Origin: an uncultured Gammaproteobacteria bacterium
GTDB lineage: Bacteria > Patescibacteriota > Patescibacteriia > Magasanikbacterales > UBA922
DNA length: 33,608 nt
NCBI GenBank assembly: GCA_964496615.1
Contig: CAZCAB010000002.1
Span: 1-33,608 of the forward strand
Direction of reading: 5' to 3'
Below are positions 1-7,984 of the stretch, one piece after another. The notes beneath the pieces are model-generated. The model saw nothing but the letters and a program-made list of their open reading frames with translations, ran no database searches and was not told where the DNA came from. Position numbers and translations under genes: made by a program. Numbering within the stretch: the stretch's first letter is position 1; each line of letters opens with the position of its first letter.

Positions 1-1206
1 ACTTCTAAAACTCCGTCCAAATGATCCTCCTTCCGCTACGCTGATGATATCGTCTATATCATATGAATTGACGAGGTCAACGAGAATGGGTAAATAGAAC
101 TTAACATCTAATTTGTATGGATAAATTTCAAGACCACCTCTCCCAAGCGCAGCAATGAGCCGGGCCATTGCTAATCCATTTTCATGTGCAAGAACGTGAT
201 CTGAAAACGCATCAATACCACGACTATGTCCTCGAAACGTATACAAAAAATGCCGAATTTCATCACGATCATCATCACTCAGAGCAAAATAGGTATCAAG
301 AGCTTCGTCAGACGCATCAAGAAGCTCATCATTAATCCCAGATAAAAGATTATGCTTAAGTTCGATCGACGACATTTGATATATCTGAAAAAAATCAGGG
401 TGGTCACCGAGCACTGACCCTATTTCGTCTGTGATTCTTTGGTACATGGATTCTCTTTGTCGAAGTTCTTCCCGGCTATCAACGGTTGGAAGTTGCCCAT
501 CGGGAGCATCCGGGTGACTGCTGATCAAACCGTCCACAATGTCGTGCATGGCACGCCCTTTATACCTACTCTCCATTGGTATGAGATGCCAAAAAAAGAG
601 CATTTGATCTATGTCTCCAATATGCGCGAATTCACGTGCTGAATCACGAATTTTGGCAAGAAGCAGTGAATCTGTGCTCTCCCACCTACTCTCATCGCGC
701 CGTGTGGCTTTATTACGATCATCAATCGCTGATCTCAAAAGCGCCTGCACCTCTTTATCAAGTAGAGCAGTACCATAATATTCTTCCCTATTCTCACCGG
801 ACGGATCAACTTTTTTGTACTGCCGCTTGAGGGCAAGCACTTTGTAATTTATTCTTTGTATCTTATCGTAAATACGGTCCATGACGTTCGGATTGTCCGG
901 TATAGCAAACTCGGCATCATCCTTTGACTGTTTACGCCTCTCGAATGCGAGACCTGGATTTTCAAAAATTGCCTGCAGGCGAGAAAGAAAGGATCTCTGA
1001 AGCTCCTCTACTTCCTCCGTCAGTCGCGTCACCTCTTCTTGATGTTCCGGAGCTTCTTGTGCAAGCCTCTCATTTTGCTTTTGCATCTCATATACCTCGT
1101 CTCGAACCATTGCAACAATTTCATCATACGAAAACTCATGCTCTGTTTCCTGAGCGCTCGCTATAGCTCTTTTGTCTCCCTTCGGTCTCCCTCTGTTTGT
1201 GTCCAT
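1..1206 (-). CDS. hypothetical protein, partial (N-terminal 402 aa; C-terminus lies beyond the left window edge)
   Basis: Hand check of the minus-strand frame found no stop from the ATG at 1206-1204 down to base 1. It is absent from the ORF track because it is open-ended. N-terminus MDTNRGRPKGDKR is followed by an acidic heptad-like stretch (EEVTRLTEEVEELQRSF). No family motif recognised. Only short patchy ORFs on the opposite strand. Confidence 0.6.
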   Translation of the reverse strand, partial: MDTNRGRPKGDKRAIASAQETEHEFSYDEIVAMVRDEVYEMQKQNERLAQEAPEHQEEVTRLTEEVEELQRSFLSRLQAIFENPGLAFERRKQSKDDAEFAIPDNPNVMDRIYDKIQRINYKVLALKRQYKKVDPSGENREEYYGTALLDKEVQALLRSAIDDRNKATRRDESRWESTDSLLLAKIRDSAREFAHIGDIDQMLFFWHLIPMESRYKGRAMHDIVDGLISSHPDAPDGQLPTVDSREELRQRESMYQRITDEIGSVLGDHPDFFQIYQMSSIELKHNLLSGINDELLDASDEALDTYFALSDDDRDEIRHFLYTFRGHSRGIDAFSDHVLAHENGLAMARLIAALGRGGLEIYPYKLDVKFYLPILVDLVNSYDIDDIISVAEGGSFGRSFRS

Positions 1207-1207
1207 G

Positions 1208-1375
1208 TTACAATTCCTTTATGGATTCTTTTACATTACTGAGCTTTTGATCTTCCTTTACTGATCTGACCTGACGCGTTAGTTCAAGCTGACGCCTGCG
1301 AAGCTCACTCATCTTCTTCTGATACCAGACACGAAGAGCATGGACTGCCTTCAATTGCTTCTCGGTGACCCTCAT
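1208..1375 (-). CDS. small (55 aa) charged, coiled-coil-like hypothetical protein
   Basis: Internal ATG of the 1208..1441 track ORF (MRVTEKQLKAVHALRVWYQKKMSELRRRQLEL...). This ATG overlaps the uppP stop as ATGA (1372-1375). Its TAA stop (1208-1210) lies 1 nt before the next ATG (1206). The packing suggests a real, coupled micro-ORF, but no homology is recognised. Confidence 0.4.
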   Translation of the reverse strand: MRVTEKQLKAVHALRVWYQKKMSELRRRQLELTRQVRSVKEDQKLSNVKESIKEL

Positions 1376-2160
1376 ACAAGTATAAGTAGAATACCCAGTC
1401 CAACAAGTACTCGATACACTGCAAATGGCATAAAAGACCATTTCTGTATTATTTTCATGAGTCCCCAGATGGCGAAAAGTCCGGAAATCGTTGCTGCGAT
1501 CAATCCCATGACTAGAGGACCGCTCGATGCGACGGCCTGTCCAGATGCAACAATCTGAACAAGTTTAAGTCCACCAGCTGCTGTTATAACAGGAATGCTC
1601 ATGAGAAAAGAAAATTCAGCAGCCACGCTTCGAGAAAGCTTAGAAAAAAGACCGGCAGTCATCGTAATGCCGGAACGACTAGTCCCTGGGATAAGTGCAA
1701 GTGCCTGGGCGCAGGCAATAAACGCAGTTTTACCAAACGTGAGACTCTCAAGTCCGTTACCTCGTTTTCCATAGTGATCAGCAATACCAAGCACAATTCC
1801 CCAAACAATGAGATGTATCGCAATCACAACTGGTGATCGAATTTCGATGAGCAAAACCTCCTGCAACAAAAAACCAACGATAAGTGCAGGTACAATGGAT
1901 ATAAGCACAAAAAACAGCAATCTTCTGTCTTCCCTACTTCCTTCTTTCTTCAAACTCAAAATCAATGAAAGAATTCTCGCCCTAAAATACAAAATAACTG
2001 CAAGAAGTGTGCCCAAATGAATAATTGCATCAAATGCTAAACCTTGATCAGCCCATCCCAAAAATTGGGGAATAAAAATAAGATGTCCAGAGCTGGATAT
2101 CGGAAGGAATTCTGTTATTCCTTGAATAACCCCAATAAAGATCGCTTGTGTGATCGTCAT
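1372..2160 (-). CDS. uppP: undecaprenyl-diphosphate phosphatase (UppP/BacA)
   Basis: 262 aa multi-pass membrane protein carrying the UppP signatures EFLPISSSGHL and PGTSRSG. Confidence 0.93.
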   Translation of the reverse strand: MTITQAIFIGVIQGITEFLPISSSGHLIFIPQFLGWADQGLAFDAIIHLGTLLAVILYFRARILSLILSLKKEGSREDRRLLFFVLISIVPALIVGFLLQEVLLIEIRSPVVIAIHLIVWGIVLGIADHYGKRGNGLESLTFGKTAFIACAQALALIPGTSRSGITMTAGLFSKLSRSVAAEFSFLMSIPVITAAGGLKLVQIVASGQAVASSGPLVMGLIAATISGLFAIWGLMKIIQKWSFMPFAVYRVLVGLGILLILV

Positions 2161-2205
2161 GCATTCATGATATCAAAAAAAAGGTGCTGAAGCAACGTAA
2201 ATATA

Positions 2206-2234
2206 TTGACAAAATGACCCATACGCCCTATACT
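2206..2234 (+). promoter_or_regulatory. sigma70-type promoter for tRNA-Glu (and possibly the downstream ORF)
   Basis: TTGACA (2206-2211), 17-nt spacer, TATACT (2229-2234). The tRNA 5' end is 15 nt downstream. Confidence 0.5.
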
Positions 2235-2248
2235 GAGCGAGCTTTCAT

Positions 2249-2320
2249 GGCCCGTTCGTCTAGTGGTTAGGACGCTGGGTTCTCATCCCAGTAACAGGGG
2301 TTCGATTCCCCTACGGGCTG
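2249..2320 (+). tRNA. tRNA-Glu (anticodon CUC), no encoded CCA
   Basis: Cloverleaf folded by hand. Acceptor GGCCCGT/ACGGGCT (G1-U72 wobble), D stem GTCT/AGGA... with GG loop, anticodon stem CTGGG/CCCAG, loop TTCTCAT, 4-nt variable loop, T arm AGGGG-TTCGATT-CCCCT, discriminator G. Confidence 0.85.
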
Positions 2321-2358
2321 CATGTGACCTCTCGTTTGTGAGGTCAATTAAAACCTGT

Positions 2359-3396
2359 ATGTCAGTGGAACAAATAGATCCAAGAGAAATCGAATCACTC
2401 AGAATGACAATCGAGCAACAAGTTCGACAATCTTGGGATGCCTTTCATAGTCCTAAGCTCAAAGAGCAAATAGCTAGACTGACACCAGAGCAAAAAAAGA
2501 TTGTGGAAAACATGGCAACATGGTTTGTTTTAGAGGAAAAATTGCGGTTTCTCTCAAAAGATAAGGAACGAAAAAAACTTCATCATGATTTTGTATTTAC
2601 GTCAGTAAAACCGTTAGGTGGCACAACAGAGGATGGAGAGTATTCGGGCATAGAACACCACAGAGCTAGGCTTGTTCACCGCCATGCCCCGAAAAACTTC
2701 TTTACCAGCTATGATCAAAGATTTACTCATAGTATTGATCCTCGCTTCTTTAGAGTGATGCAATTACCTGGGGCAACGAGAGACACTTCATATGCTCAAA
2801 TAATTCCACTACAGGATAACAGAGCGATCATCAACTACGAAGGATTTGCAGATGACTGTCCTGTAGATTCAAGAGGATCACACTGGTCATTTCGTCTGCT
2901 CACCCAAGAGGGCGACAAATCGATTGTTAATCTCCTGAGAACGAAAAGTGCAATGCTGCTACCATATGTGGCTCGGCTCGTTGTTACAACAATAGACCCA
3001 GAAGCTGCTGTCTACTGTGATGGAGGAATCCCTACAAAAAAATTAACTGTTATTGACTTTGAAAAACTCGCTGTTGCGCACCACAGTGGTGGCGCAAGCT
3101 CTGGTCCTCATGATGATGTTAAAGGTACTAGGTTCAGAGATGCTGACCGATTCGTAGAACACTTAAGGCCAGCATCTTCAGGACCTTACGCAAACACTCT
3201 AGGACAACCAGTCTTCAAACACGAAGTTGCTACTAACGACAAAGGGAGACGATTTGTCACTTTCTTTAGCGGTGCTCCTCCTGTATATCCCAAAAGCGAA
3301 TTTAAGAATAGTTTAGATATTGATGAAATGCAGCGAAGATATCCACCAACGCATCCAAAATATTTCTATTCTGAAAGGCACGAGCAGGAATCATAA
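2359..3396 (+). CDS. hypothetical protein (345 aa), orphan ORF between two tRNA genes
   Basis: Long ORF. The track start (2263, GTG) lies inside tRNA-Glu, so the first ATG after the tRNA (MSVEQIDPREIESL...) is used. No recognisable motif, signal peptide or TM segment. Confidence 0.55.
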   Translation: MSVEQIDPREIESLRMTIEQQVRQSWDAFHSPKLKEQIARLTPEQKKIVENMATWFVLEEKLRFLSKDKERKKLHHDFVFTSVKPLGGTTEDGEYSGIEHHRARLVHRHAPKNFFTSYDQRFTHSIDPRFFRVMQLPGATRDTSYAQIIPLQDNRAIINYEGFADDCPVDSRGSHWSFRLLTQEGDKSIVNLLRTKSAMLLPYVARLVVTTIDPEAAVYCDGGIPTKKLTVIDFEKLAVAHHSGGASSGPHDDVKGTRFRDADRFVEHLRPASSGPYANTLGQPVFKHEVATNDKGRRFVTFFSGAPPVYPKSEFKNSLDIDEMQRRYPPTHPKYFYSERHEQES

Positions 3397-3491
3397 ACTT
3401 AGAAAAGGGAGAGTGGATCAGTTGTATAGACGGCGCCACCAGGTGCTGTTTTTAATCCCCTACCAAGATACCGCTCCAACGAAAGACATAC

Positions 3492-3520
3492 TTGACATTA
3501 GCCCTTCAAACCATTATATT
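3492..3520 (+). promoter_or_regulatory. sigma70-type promoter for tRNA-Met
   Basis: TTGACA (3492-3497), 17-nt spacer, TATATT (3515-3520). The tRNA starts 25 nt downstream. Confidence 0.45.
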
Positions 3521-3544
3521 GTTTAGCATAATTTAGCTCAAAGA

Positions 3545-3618
3545 GTCAGGGTAGCTCAGTTGGTAAGAGCGTAGGATTCATAACCCTAAGGTCGGGAGTT
3601 CGATTCTCCCCCCTGACA
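3545..3618 (+). tRNA. tRNA with anticodon CAU (elongator Met, or Ile2 if lysidine-modified), no encoded CCA
   Basis: Acceptor GTCAGGG/CCCTGAC, D arm GCTC-AGTTGGTAA-GAGC, anticodon loop TTCATAA, variable loop AGGTC, T arm GGGAG-TTCGATT-CTCCC. G1-C72 is paired and there is no GGG/CCC anticodon stem, which argues against an initiator. Confidence 0.85.
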
Positions 3619-3619
3619 C

Positions 3620-3644
3620 AAAAACCGCCGATTGGCGGTTTTTT
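3620..3644. terminator. bidirectional rho-independent terminator
   Basis: AAAA-CCGCC-GATT-GGCGG-TTTTTT hairpin directly after tRNA-Met and 1 nt from the PBP stop codon on the other strand. A-run and T-run flanks allow function in both directions. Confidence 0.6.
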
Positions 3645-3645
3645 A

Positions 3646-5415
3646 CTACCTGCCGGGTGGGACGGCGTAATAATCGAGTATCATTTTTGCTATATCTCCA
3701 AAAACGGGCGCTGCTGTCATTGAAGAAAAATCACGCTGCGGTTTTTCATATTTTACAATCATAGCAAATTTTGGATTATCAATAGGAGCAAATCCTACAA
3801 AAGAATGATTCGTCTCTTCAGTGTAGCCGCCAGGACCAGGAATCTGCGCGGTTCCAGTTTTCCCTGCCACATAATAGCCGGGTACTTTAGCTCCACCAGC
3901 CTGACCTGAATCAACAACGCGAACCATCATTCCAGAAAGTAGTGAAGCGGCTCGATGATCGAGTACTTCGTGGATGGGTTCTGTCTTCTTTTTTTCCACC
4001 GTACCGTCAGCATGCCTGATCGCATCGATGATAAGTGGTCTCATGAGTGTCCCACCATTAGCAATAGCACCAAATGCGCTCACCATTTGAAGTGGTGTCG
4101 CGGTTATCCCTTGCCCAAACGAGGCTGTAGCACCATAACAGTCCAGTTTATCTCCCCTATTTTTTCTCAGTGAATCAACCGTTCCAGCCCCTTCACTATC
4201 AAGTTCAATACCAGTTTTGAGTCCAAAGCCAAATTTATCGACATAATGGGACAGCTTCTTTTTCCCGAGAAGCTCTGCCACATACACCATTCCGGTATTA
4301 ATTGAATACTCAAGTACCCCAGTCATGGTTTGGTCTCCTCGTATTTTGCCCCCAGCATTTTTAATAGGTGTATCACAAATATCTTCTTTTACTCCAGTAT
4401 CATGAAAAACGTGTGTCGGGCGGACCAGTCCCTCATCAAGTGCTGCCCCCATCACTATGGGCTTAAAGATGCTTCCAGGCTCATATGCTGTAAAAATAGC
4501 CTCATTGTTGTACACCTGGATATTCTCTACTTCATTATAGGTATTTGGATCAAATTCAGGCAGGCTACACATTGCACGTATCTTTCCTGTATGAGGCTCA
4601 AGAATAACGAGTGCGGCTGACTGCGCTTCATATTCCTCCATCCCCTCTTTGAGGCGCTCACAAGCGCGAAACTGAAGCGTCCTATCAATGGTGAGTACGA
4701 TATCAACACCATCTTTTGCCGGTCTAAAAAAACGGCCTGCACGAGGAATCCAGCTTCCTGCTGCTCCGCGAACTCCCTCTAAAAAGCCACCTGTCCCTGC
4801 AAGCTCTTTTTGCCAATATCCTTCTATACCATATCTTCCTTCACGATGCCCATCTTCATTTTGCCCCAAAAAACCAATAACCGTCGATGCAAACGGACCC
4901 TCGGGATACAGACGCTCGGTTTGTCTTACAAAACCGATACCAGGAAGCTCTTTTCTTTCAAGTTGCTCTTTGAGAGCTTCGCTCACATTTTTCTCTATCG
5001 GTTCATATGGATCGTCAATTTTGGCGATAGTTACACGCACTTGCTCTTTTCGCTGTTCATCATATCCAAATGTTTCGCTCAGCACATCAAGCACCTGTTT
5101 TTGATGATCAGCGCGAGTAAGCTCTCGCGTATCAACGAAGAGCAAAAAAACATCGTGATTGATGGCGAGTGGGTACTCAGTCTCTGTCCGGGAGTCTTGG
5201 ATATATACCGTACCTCTTTGCGGAAGCAGCTCAGCAGAAATTTCGTGTGTACCGCTTGCAAGCGCTGTGTAGAAACCATGCTGCAGGATCATCAAAACAA
5301 AAAGTCTGGCTATAACCAAACTGAATGCGGTTATACACAAAAGACTCGCAATTCGAATGCGAGGATCGGCAGATGTGGTGATTGCCGTAATGGTCTTTCG
5401 TGCACGTGTTCGCAT
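3646..5415 (-). CDS. class B penicillin-binding protein (peptidoglycan D,D-transpeptidase, PBP2/FtsI type)
   Basis: 589 aa with an N-terminal TM anchor and the transpeptidase motifs SIFK (SxxK), SIN (SxN) and KTGTA (KTG). Confidence 0.9.
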   Translation of the reverse strand: MRTRARKTITAITTSADPRIRIASLLCITAFSLVIARLFVLMILQHGFYTALASGTHEISAELLPQRGTVYIQDSRTETEYPLAINHDVFLLFVDTRELTRADHQKQVLDVLSETFGYDEQRKEQVRVTIAKIDDPYEPIEKNVSEALKEQLERKELPGIGFVRQTERLYPEGPFASTVIGFLGQNEDGHREGRYGIEGYWQKELAGTGGFLEGVRGAAGSWIPRAGRFFRPAKDGVDIVLTIDRTLQFRACERLKEGMEEYEAQSAALVILEPHTGKIRAMCSLPEFDPNTYNEVENIQVYNNEAIFTAYEPGSIFKPIVMGAALDEGLVRPTHVFHDTGVKEDICDTPIKNAGGKIRGDQTMTGVLEYSINTGMVYVAELLGKKKLSHYVDKFGFGLKTGIELDSEGAGTVDSLRKNRGDKLDCYGATASFGQGITATPLQMVSAFGAIANGGTLMRPLIIDAIRHADGTVEKKKTEPIHEVLDHRAASLLSGMMVRVVDSGQAGGAKVPGYYVAGKTGTAQIPGPGGYTEETNHSFVGFAPIDNPKFAMIVKYEKPQRDFSSMTAAPVFGDIAKMILDYYAVPPGR

Positions 5416-5418
5416 CGA

Positions 5419-5751
5419 CTATTTTTTCTTTTTGCCCTTTTTGAGGTCCTTTTTGATATTCCCCCACTGAGAAGAAAGAAGTTTAATAACTCCTTGTTTT
5501 ACATTCTGCGCTAACTTGTTATCAACTGCATAACGATTGACCACCTGCGTCACAACCTGTACGTATTCATGCTTGGTCATCTTCTCCCAGCTGCCAGATT
5601 TTTTAACGGCATCCTCAACTTGCGAATATAGATCTGCTGCGGTATCGAGCATTTTCTTTCGCATTTGCTTTCCTTTATCTGTGGTGTGCAACCAGGTAAG
5701 ACCCGCACCAAGAAGACCGCCCAAAAAAATACCTTTTTTAAATTTACCCAT
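5419..5751 (-). CDS. YtxH-like small membrane-associated protein
   Basis: 110 aa. Gly-rich N-terminal helix (GIFLGGLLGAGLTW) is followed by a charged helical region and a Lys-rich tail, resembling the YtxH domain architecture. Confidence 0.5.
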   Translation of the reverse strand: MGKFKKGIFLGGLLGAGLTWLHTTDKGKQMRKKMLDTAADLYSQVEDAVKKSGSWEKMTKHEYVQVVTQVVNRYAVDNKLAQNVKQGVIKLLSSQWGNIKKDLKKGKKKK

Positions 5752-5792
5752 ATGCTTTTTTTAGTGTTATGTGCTCAGTATAGCAAACAACC

Positions 5793-7010
5793 CTACACAC
5801 CTTCAACCAACTCTTCATATATTTTTTCTAGGCGTGCCACGATAGGGTCCCATGCATATTTTTCATCCGCTATAGTGCGTGCTTTTTCTTTCCACGCCTG
5901 TATATCGTTCTCCTTTGTATAATAGCCCATAATTGCCTCGGCAAAATCCTCGTGTGACCCAACTTGCGCTAAAATTCCCCCATCTTTCGCTACCGTGCGC
6001 ACACCAGGAAGATCGCTCGCAAGCACGGGTACCCCAGAACTCATTGCTTCTAAAAGCACCATACCAAAAGCCTCACCAACTGTTGTTGACGGAAGGACAC
6101 ACAAATCACCCATGCGATAATAAATTGGGAGGTCATCATCTGAAACCTTTCCAACAAAAACAGTTGTTTCTTCTATCCCCAACTGCTTTGTCATGGTGAT
6201 ATATTTTTGCCGCAAAGAACCGCCTCCCACCAAAACTGCTTGGACCGGCTTTGACCTATCTTTGACCATGGAAAGCGCACGAAGGAGCACGGGCACTCCT
6301 TTAAAATAGTGAGCAGGATCCATGCCCCCAACAAAAATAAGGGTAGGTTGGGTATGATCAAGTCCATACCTTTCAAAAAGCTCCTGCGGTTTGTCATCCG
6401 GAAAAAATCGATTTGTATCAACACCGAATGGCAATTCTCGCCATTTTGCCTTGTTTTTTTTATAAAAATCACCGACATCACTTTCTTGTATGTAATCAAA
6501 TGAACTTCCAATGATCATATCCGCGGCATCAAGAACCTTTGGCATCACACGATGCGCATAGTATTTGAATACAAGCCCCTTCCAACCCGGACCGCGCGTA
6601 TCCATGTGATATGTAATCACCAGCGCTTTATCAGGATGTCGTTGTTTCCATCGCCGCACGACGTTTGCGGTGCCAAAAAAAGGATAGTGCAAATGAACAA
6701 TATCGCTGTCCATGAGCTCATCTGAGATATTTGGTATGTACGCAGCATTGCCGTATTGCAGTTTTGGCGCTATGCGCTTTGCTACATCAATACGCTCTTG
6801 CACTTCAAAGCTATGTTCAACAAGCGGCTGCTCCTGCTTCGGTCGAATTTCCTTTCTCCCGAAATAATCAGGTGTTAGCACTTGCACCTCATGACCGCGA
6901 TCACCCAGATGCTGCGCCATCTGAAACACAACATTACCCATCCCCCCAAAATATGGTGGATAGGTAGATACGATGTGGGTTATCTTCATACCACTATTCT
7001 TTCCTGTCAT
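5793..7010 (-). CDS. GT4-family (GT-B, glycosyl transferase group 1) glycosyltransferase
   Basis: 405 aa with the C-terminal EAFGMVLLEAMSSGVPVLASDLPG (E-x7-E type) motif. An alternative start at 6989 (MKITHIV...) would remove the 17-nt overlap with the upstream gene. Confidence 0.85.
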   Translation of the reverse strand: MTGKNSGMKITHIVSTYPPYFGGMGNVVFQMAQHLGDRGHEVQVLTPDYFGRKEIRPKQEQPLVEHSFEVQERIDVAKRIAPKLQYGNAAYIPNISDELMDSDIVHLHYPFFGTANVVRRWKQRHPDKALVITYHMDTRGPGWKGLVFKYYAHRVMPKVLDAADMIIGSSFDYIQESDVGDFYKKNKAKWRELPFGVDTNRFFPDDKPQELFERYGLDHTQPTLIFVGGMDPAHYFKGVPVLLRALSMVKDRSKPVQAVLVGGGSLRQKYITMTKQLGIEETTVFVGKVSDDDLPIYYRMGDLCVLPSTTVGEAFGMVLLEAMSSGVPVLASDLPGVRTVAKDGGILAQVGSHEDFAEAIMGYYTKENDIQAWKEKARTIADEKYAWDPIVARLEKIYEELVEGV

Positions 7011-7326
7011 CTAAAGCTTTTTTCCGAACTATCTTGGTTAATTGCCTATTAATACCGTCAAGCTTCACATTGAGCTTAAAGAGAAGGTAAAAAATGACCA
7101 CAATCGAAAAATATAGTACCAAATCTGTTCCACGTCCAATACCAAGTAGATCTGCAGCAACTTGCGTACTATTTGGCCACATGACAGCTATAGCTGCGGC
7201 AACCCAAAATAAAACCCAAAAGAATGAACCCTTCGTGCCAAGCACACCTTCCTTTTTACGCTTCAAAACTGCAAGAATAGCAGCAACGGCAAAAAGAACA
7301 AAGAGTGTCTGAAAAATAATAAGCAT
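6994..7326 (-). CDS. small integral membrane protein, DUF2304-like GT2 partner
   Basis: 110 aa, about 3-4 TM helices, charged tail. Sits 1 nt downstream of a GT2 gene, the usual context of DUF2304-type proteins. Confidence 0.5.
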   Translation of the reverse strand: MLIIFQTLFVLFAVAAILAVLKRKKEGVLGTKGSFFWVLFWVAAAIAVMWPNSTQVAADLLGIGRGTDLVLYFSIVVIFYLLFKLNVKLDGINRQLTKIVRKKALDDRKE

Positions 7327-7327
7327 A

Positions 7328-7984
7328 TTAGCGCATTTTATGTACCAAAAGATCTCTTACAATCCTCACACCGCCAGAAATCCCCTGTCCGAATTGATCG
7401 TAACGTACTTTAACCGGAAATTCAATATGTGTGAGATTATGACGCGTTATCAATTGCAAAATCTCAGTCGCGTGAGCCATTCCATCTTGCTCGAGCGACA
7501 TCTTAGAAAGTGCTCGTGGACCCAAGATACGAAAACCATTATGTACATCAGATATGGCAGGTGCGCCAGAGAGCAGATTAACCAATCTCCCTATGGGAAA
7601 AAGGATGTGTTTTTTGAAAAATGGAATATCTGATCGTGAGTCTAGAAAACGCGAGCCTAAAAGGACATCTGCGCCAGATTCCTCCAGTGAGTTGAGCGCA
7701 TGTGGGATATCTGCCGAGTCGAACTGTCCGTCACCATCAAAATGAATAACGTATTTCGTATCAATACGACGTGCATGCTCATGTCCGGTCTGAAGCGCTG
7801 CTCCCTGCCCTCTGTTGATGACATGTGTAAGCACGCTCGCCCCTGCTTGCTTTGCGATATGAGATGTTCTATCCTGTGAGCCATCATCAATAACGACCAC
7901 TTGATCGACATGTTCAAAAAGGTCCCGGACAACGGAACCTATATTTTTTTCTTCGTTATATGCTGGAACAAGTGCTATGATCAT
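7328..7984 (-). CDS. GT2-family glycosyltransferase (polyprenyl-phosphate sugar synthase-like)
   Basis: 218 aa with PAYNEE, VVVIDDGSQDRT and DGDGQ (DxD) motifs. The start overlaps the upstream stop as ATGA (7981-7984). Confidence 0.85.
   Translation of the reverse strand: MIIALVPAYNEEKNIGSVVRDLFEHVDQVVVIDDGSQDRTSHIAKQAGASVLTHVINRGQGAALQTGHEHARRIDTKYVIHFDGDGQFDSADIPHALNSLEESGADVLLGSRFLDSRSDIPFFKKHILFPIGRLVNLLSGAPAISDVHNGFRILGPRALSKMSLEQDGMAHATEILQLITRHNLTHIEFPVKVRYDQFGQGISGGVRIVRDLLVHKMR

Noticed and set aside
2325-2346. 7-bp perfect hairpin (TGACCTC-8 nt-GAGGTCA) just after tRNA-Glu as a terminator
   Set aside because: It is not followed by a T-run (next bases are ATTAAAACC). It may be a processing or structural element, but a terminator call is unsupported.
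2263-2358. N-terminal extension of the 2263..3396 track ORF (GTG start, MVRTLGSHPSNRGSIPL...)
   Set aside because: This stretch is the tRNA-Glu gene read as protein. The CDS is started at the first ATG after the tRNA (2359).
3432-3456. GGCGCCACCAGGTGCTGTTTTT as a terminator after the orphan ORF
   Set aside because: On manual pairing the GC-rich segment does not form a stable stem with a feasible loop. The T-run alone is insufficient.
4810-5514. 234-aa plus-strand ORF, and other 60-140 aa ORFs antisense to the PBP gene
   Set aside because: Fully embedded antisense to a motif-verified PBP, with low-complexity, Cys/Phe-rich translations and no motifs. These are shadow ORFs.
6454-6461. Other T8/A8 runs inside genes (6454-6461 GT4, 9711-9718 S8, 13986-13993 NeuB-like, 19053-19060 HAD) as phase-variation switches
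   Set aside because: All are in-frame Lys-Lys codons in intact ORFs of an AT-rich genome, with no evidence of frame disruption. Only the 25310-25317 tract coincides with a broken frame.
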